From Pseudomonadota bacterium (GTDB lineage Bacteria; Myxococcota; JACRCW01; JAFGSX01): a stretch of DNA of 64,000 nt. A program made the position numbers and the translations under genes. Under the pieces are notes generated by a model. The model made no database searches. It saw only the letters and a list, made by a program, of their open reading frames with translations, and was not told the DNA's origin. Of this stretch, positions 63,702 to 64,000 are shown one piece after another. The DNA is taken from the NCBI GenBank assembly GCA_043821645.1, contig JBDRCO010000042.1, forward strand, positions 1-64,000. Direction: 5' to 3'. The first letter of the stretch is position 1, and the number at the start of each line of letters is the position of its first letter.

Positions 63702-64000
63702 TCAGCGACAGGCCACGGTCAGGTTCAGGGGCTCCTGTATGCACAGGGCGCAGTCGTCGCGACAGCGCTGCACCGTGAAGGGAAGACCGCAGTCCGCGGT
63801 GGGCAGCACTTCATTCTCGGTCTGGGGCCCACAGCTGCCGGAGCCGCAGTCGCAGCCGAGATGGCTGACGGTGGTCTCCTTGAGCGTGGCCCTGTCACAG
63901 TCGTAATCGAAGCTGCCATCGCCGCGGTCGGTGGTGAAGTAGAACTGCTGGCCCGGGTACGCGTCCGCGCTGTCGTCGTAGCAGTCGTCCGCGTTCTCGG
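63702..64000 (-). CDS. 3' end of a Cys-rich protein with DC-x-D..PG (MopE-related) motif, partial
   Basis: Minus frame reads ENADDCYDDSADAYPGQQFYFTTDRGDGSFDYDCD..VACR-stop (stop at 63702). Confidence 0.75.
   Translation of the reverse strand, partial: ENADDCYDDSADAYPGQQFYFTTDRGDGSFDYDCDRATLKETTVSHLGCDCGSGSCGPQTENEVLPTADCGLPFTVQRCRDDCALCIQEPLNLTVACR

Overview
GC-rich, gene-dense bacterial DNA that looks Myxococcota/deltaproteobacterial (Cys-rich lipoproteins, TIGR04551-like barrel, DUF4388 and PilZ regulators); the taxonomy is inferred from gene content only. From left to right: (1) two giant Cys-repeat lipoproteins (1-8644, minus), the larger with a C-terminal half resembling a TcA-type alpha-helical pore toxin; (2) a LamG lipoprotein; (3) a divergent PHA locus (10895-21729). 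Its right arm has an IF2-N/PhaR fusion, a phasin-like gene, two PhaC paralogs, PhaJ and an Na+/solute symporter; its left arm has two paralogous lipoproteins, a lipoprotein hydrolase, an outer-membrane barrel and a PhaE-like subunit; (4) amidohydrolase, M23 peptidase, PP2C phosphatase; (5) surface-glycan genes; (6) a GNAT-HDAC / KamA / two ATP-grasp / GNAT operon; (7) methyltransferase, LtaS/sulfatase-like, YfhO-like, GlpT-like and GH36 genes; (8) signalling genes and hypothetical proteins; (9) a frameshifted SpoIID/YfaQ-like gene. A 68-69 nt structured intergenic element occurs twice (34181-34248 and 58426-58494). I saw no rRNA, tRNA, CRISPR array or transposase. All family calls come from reading motifs by eye; no database searches were run.
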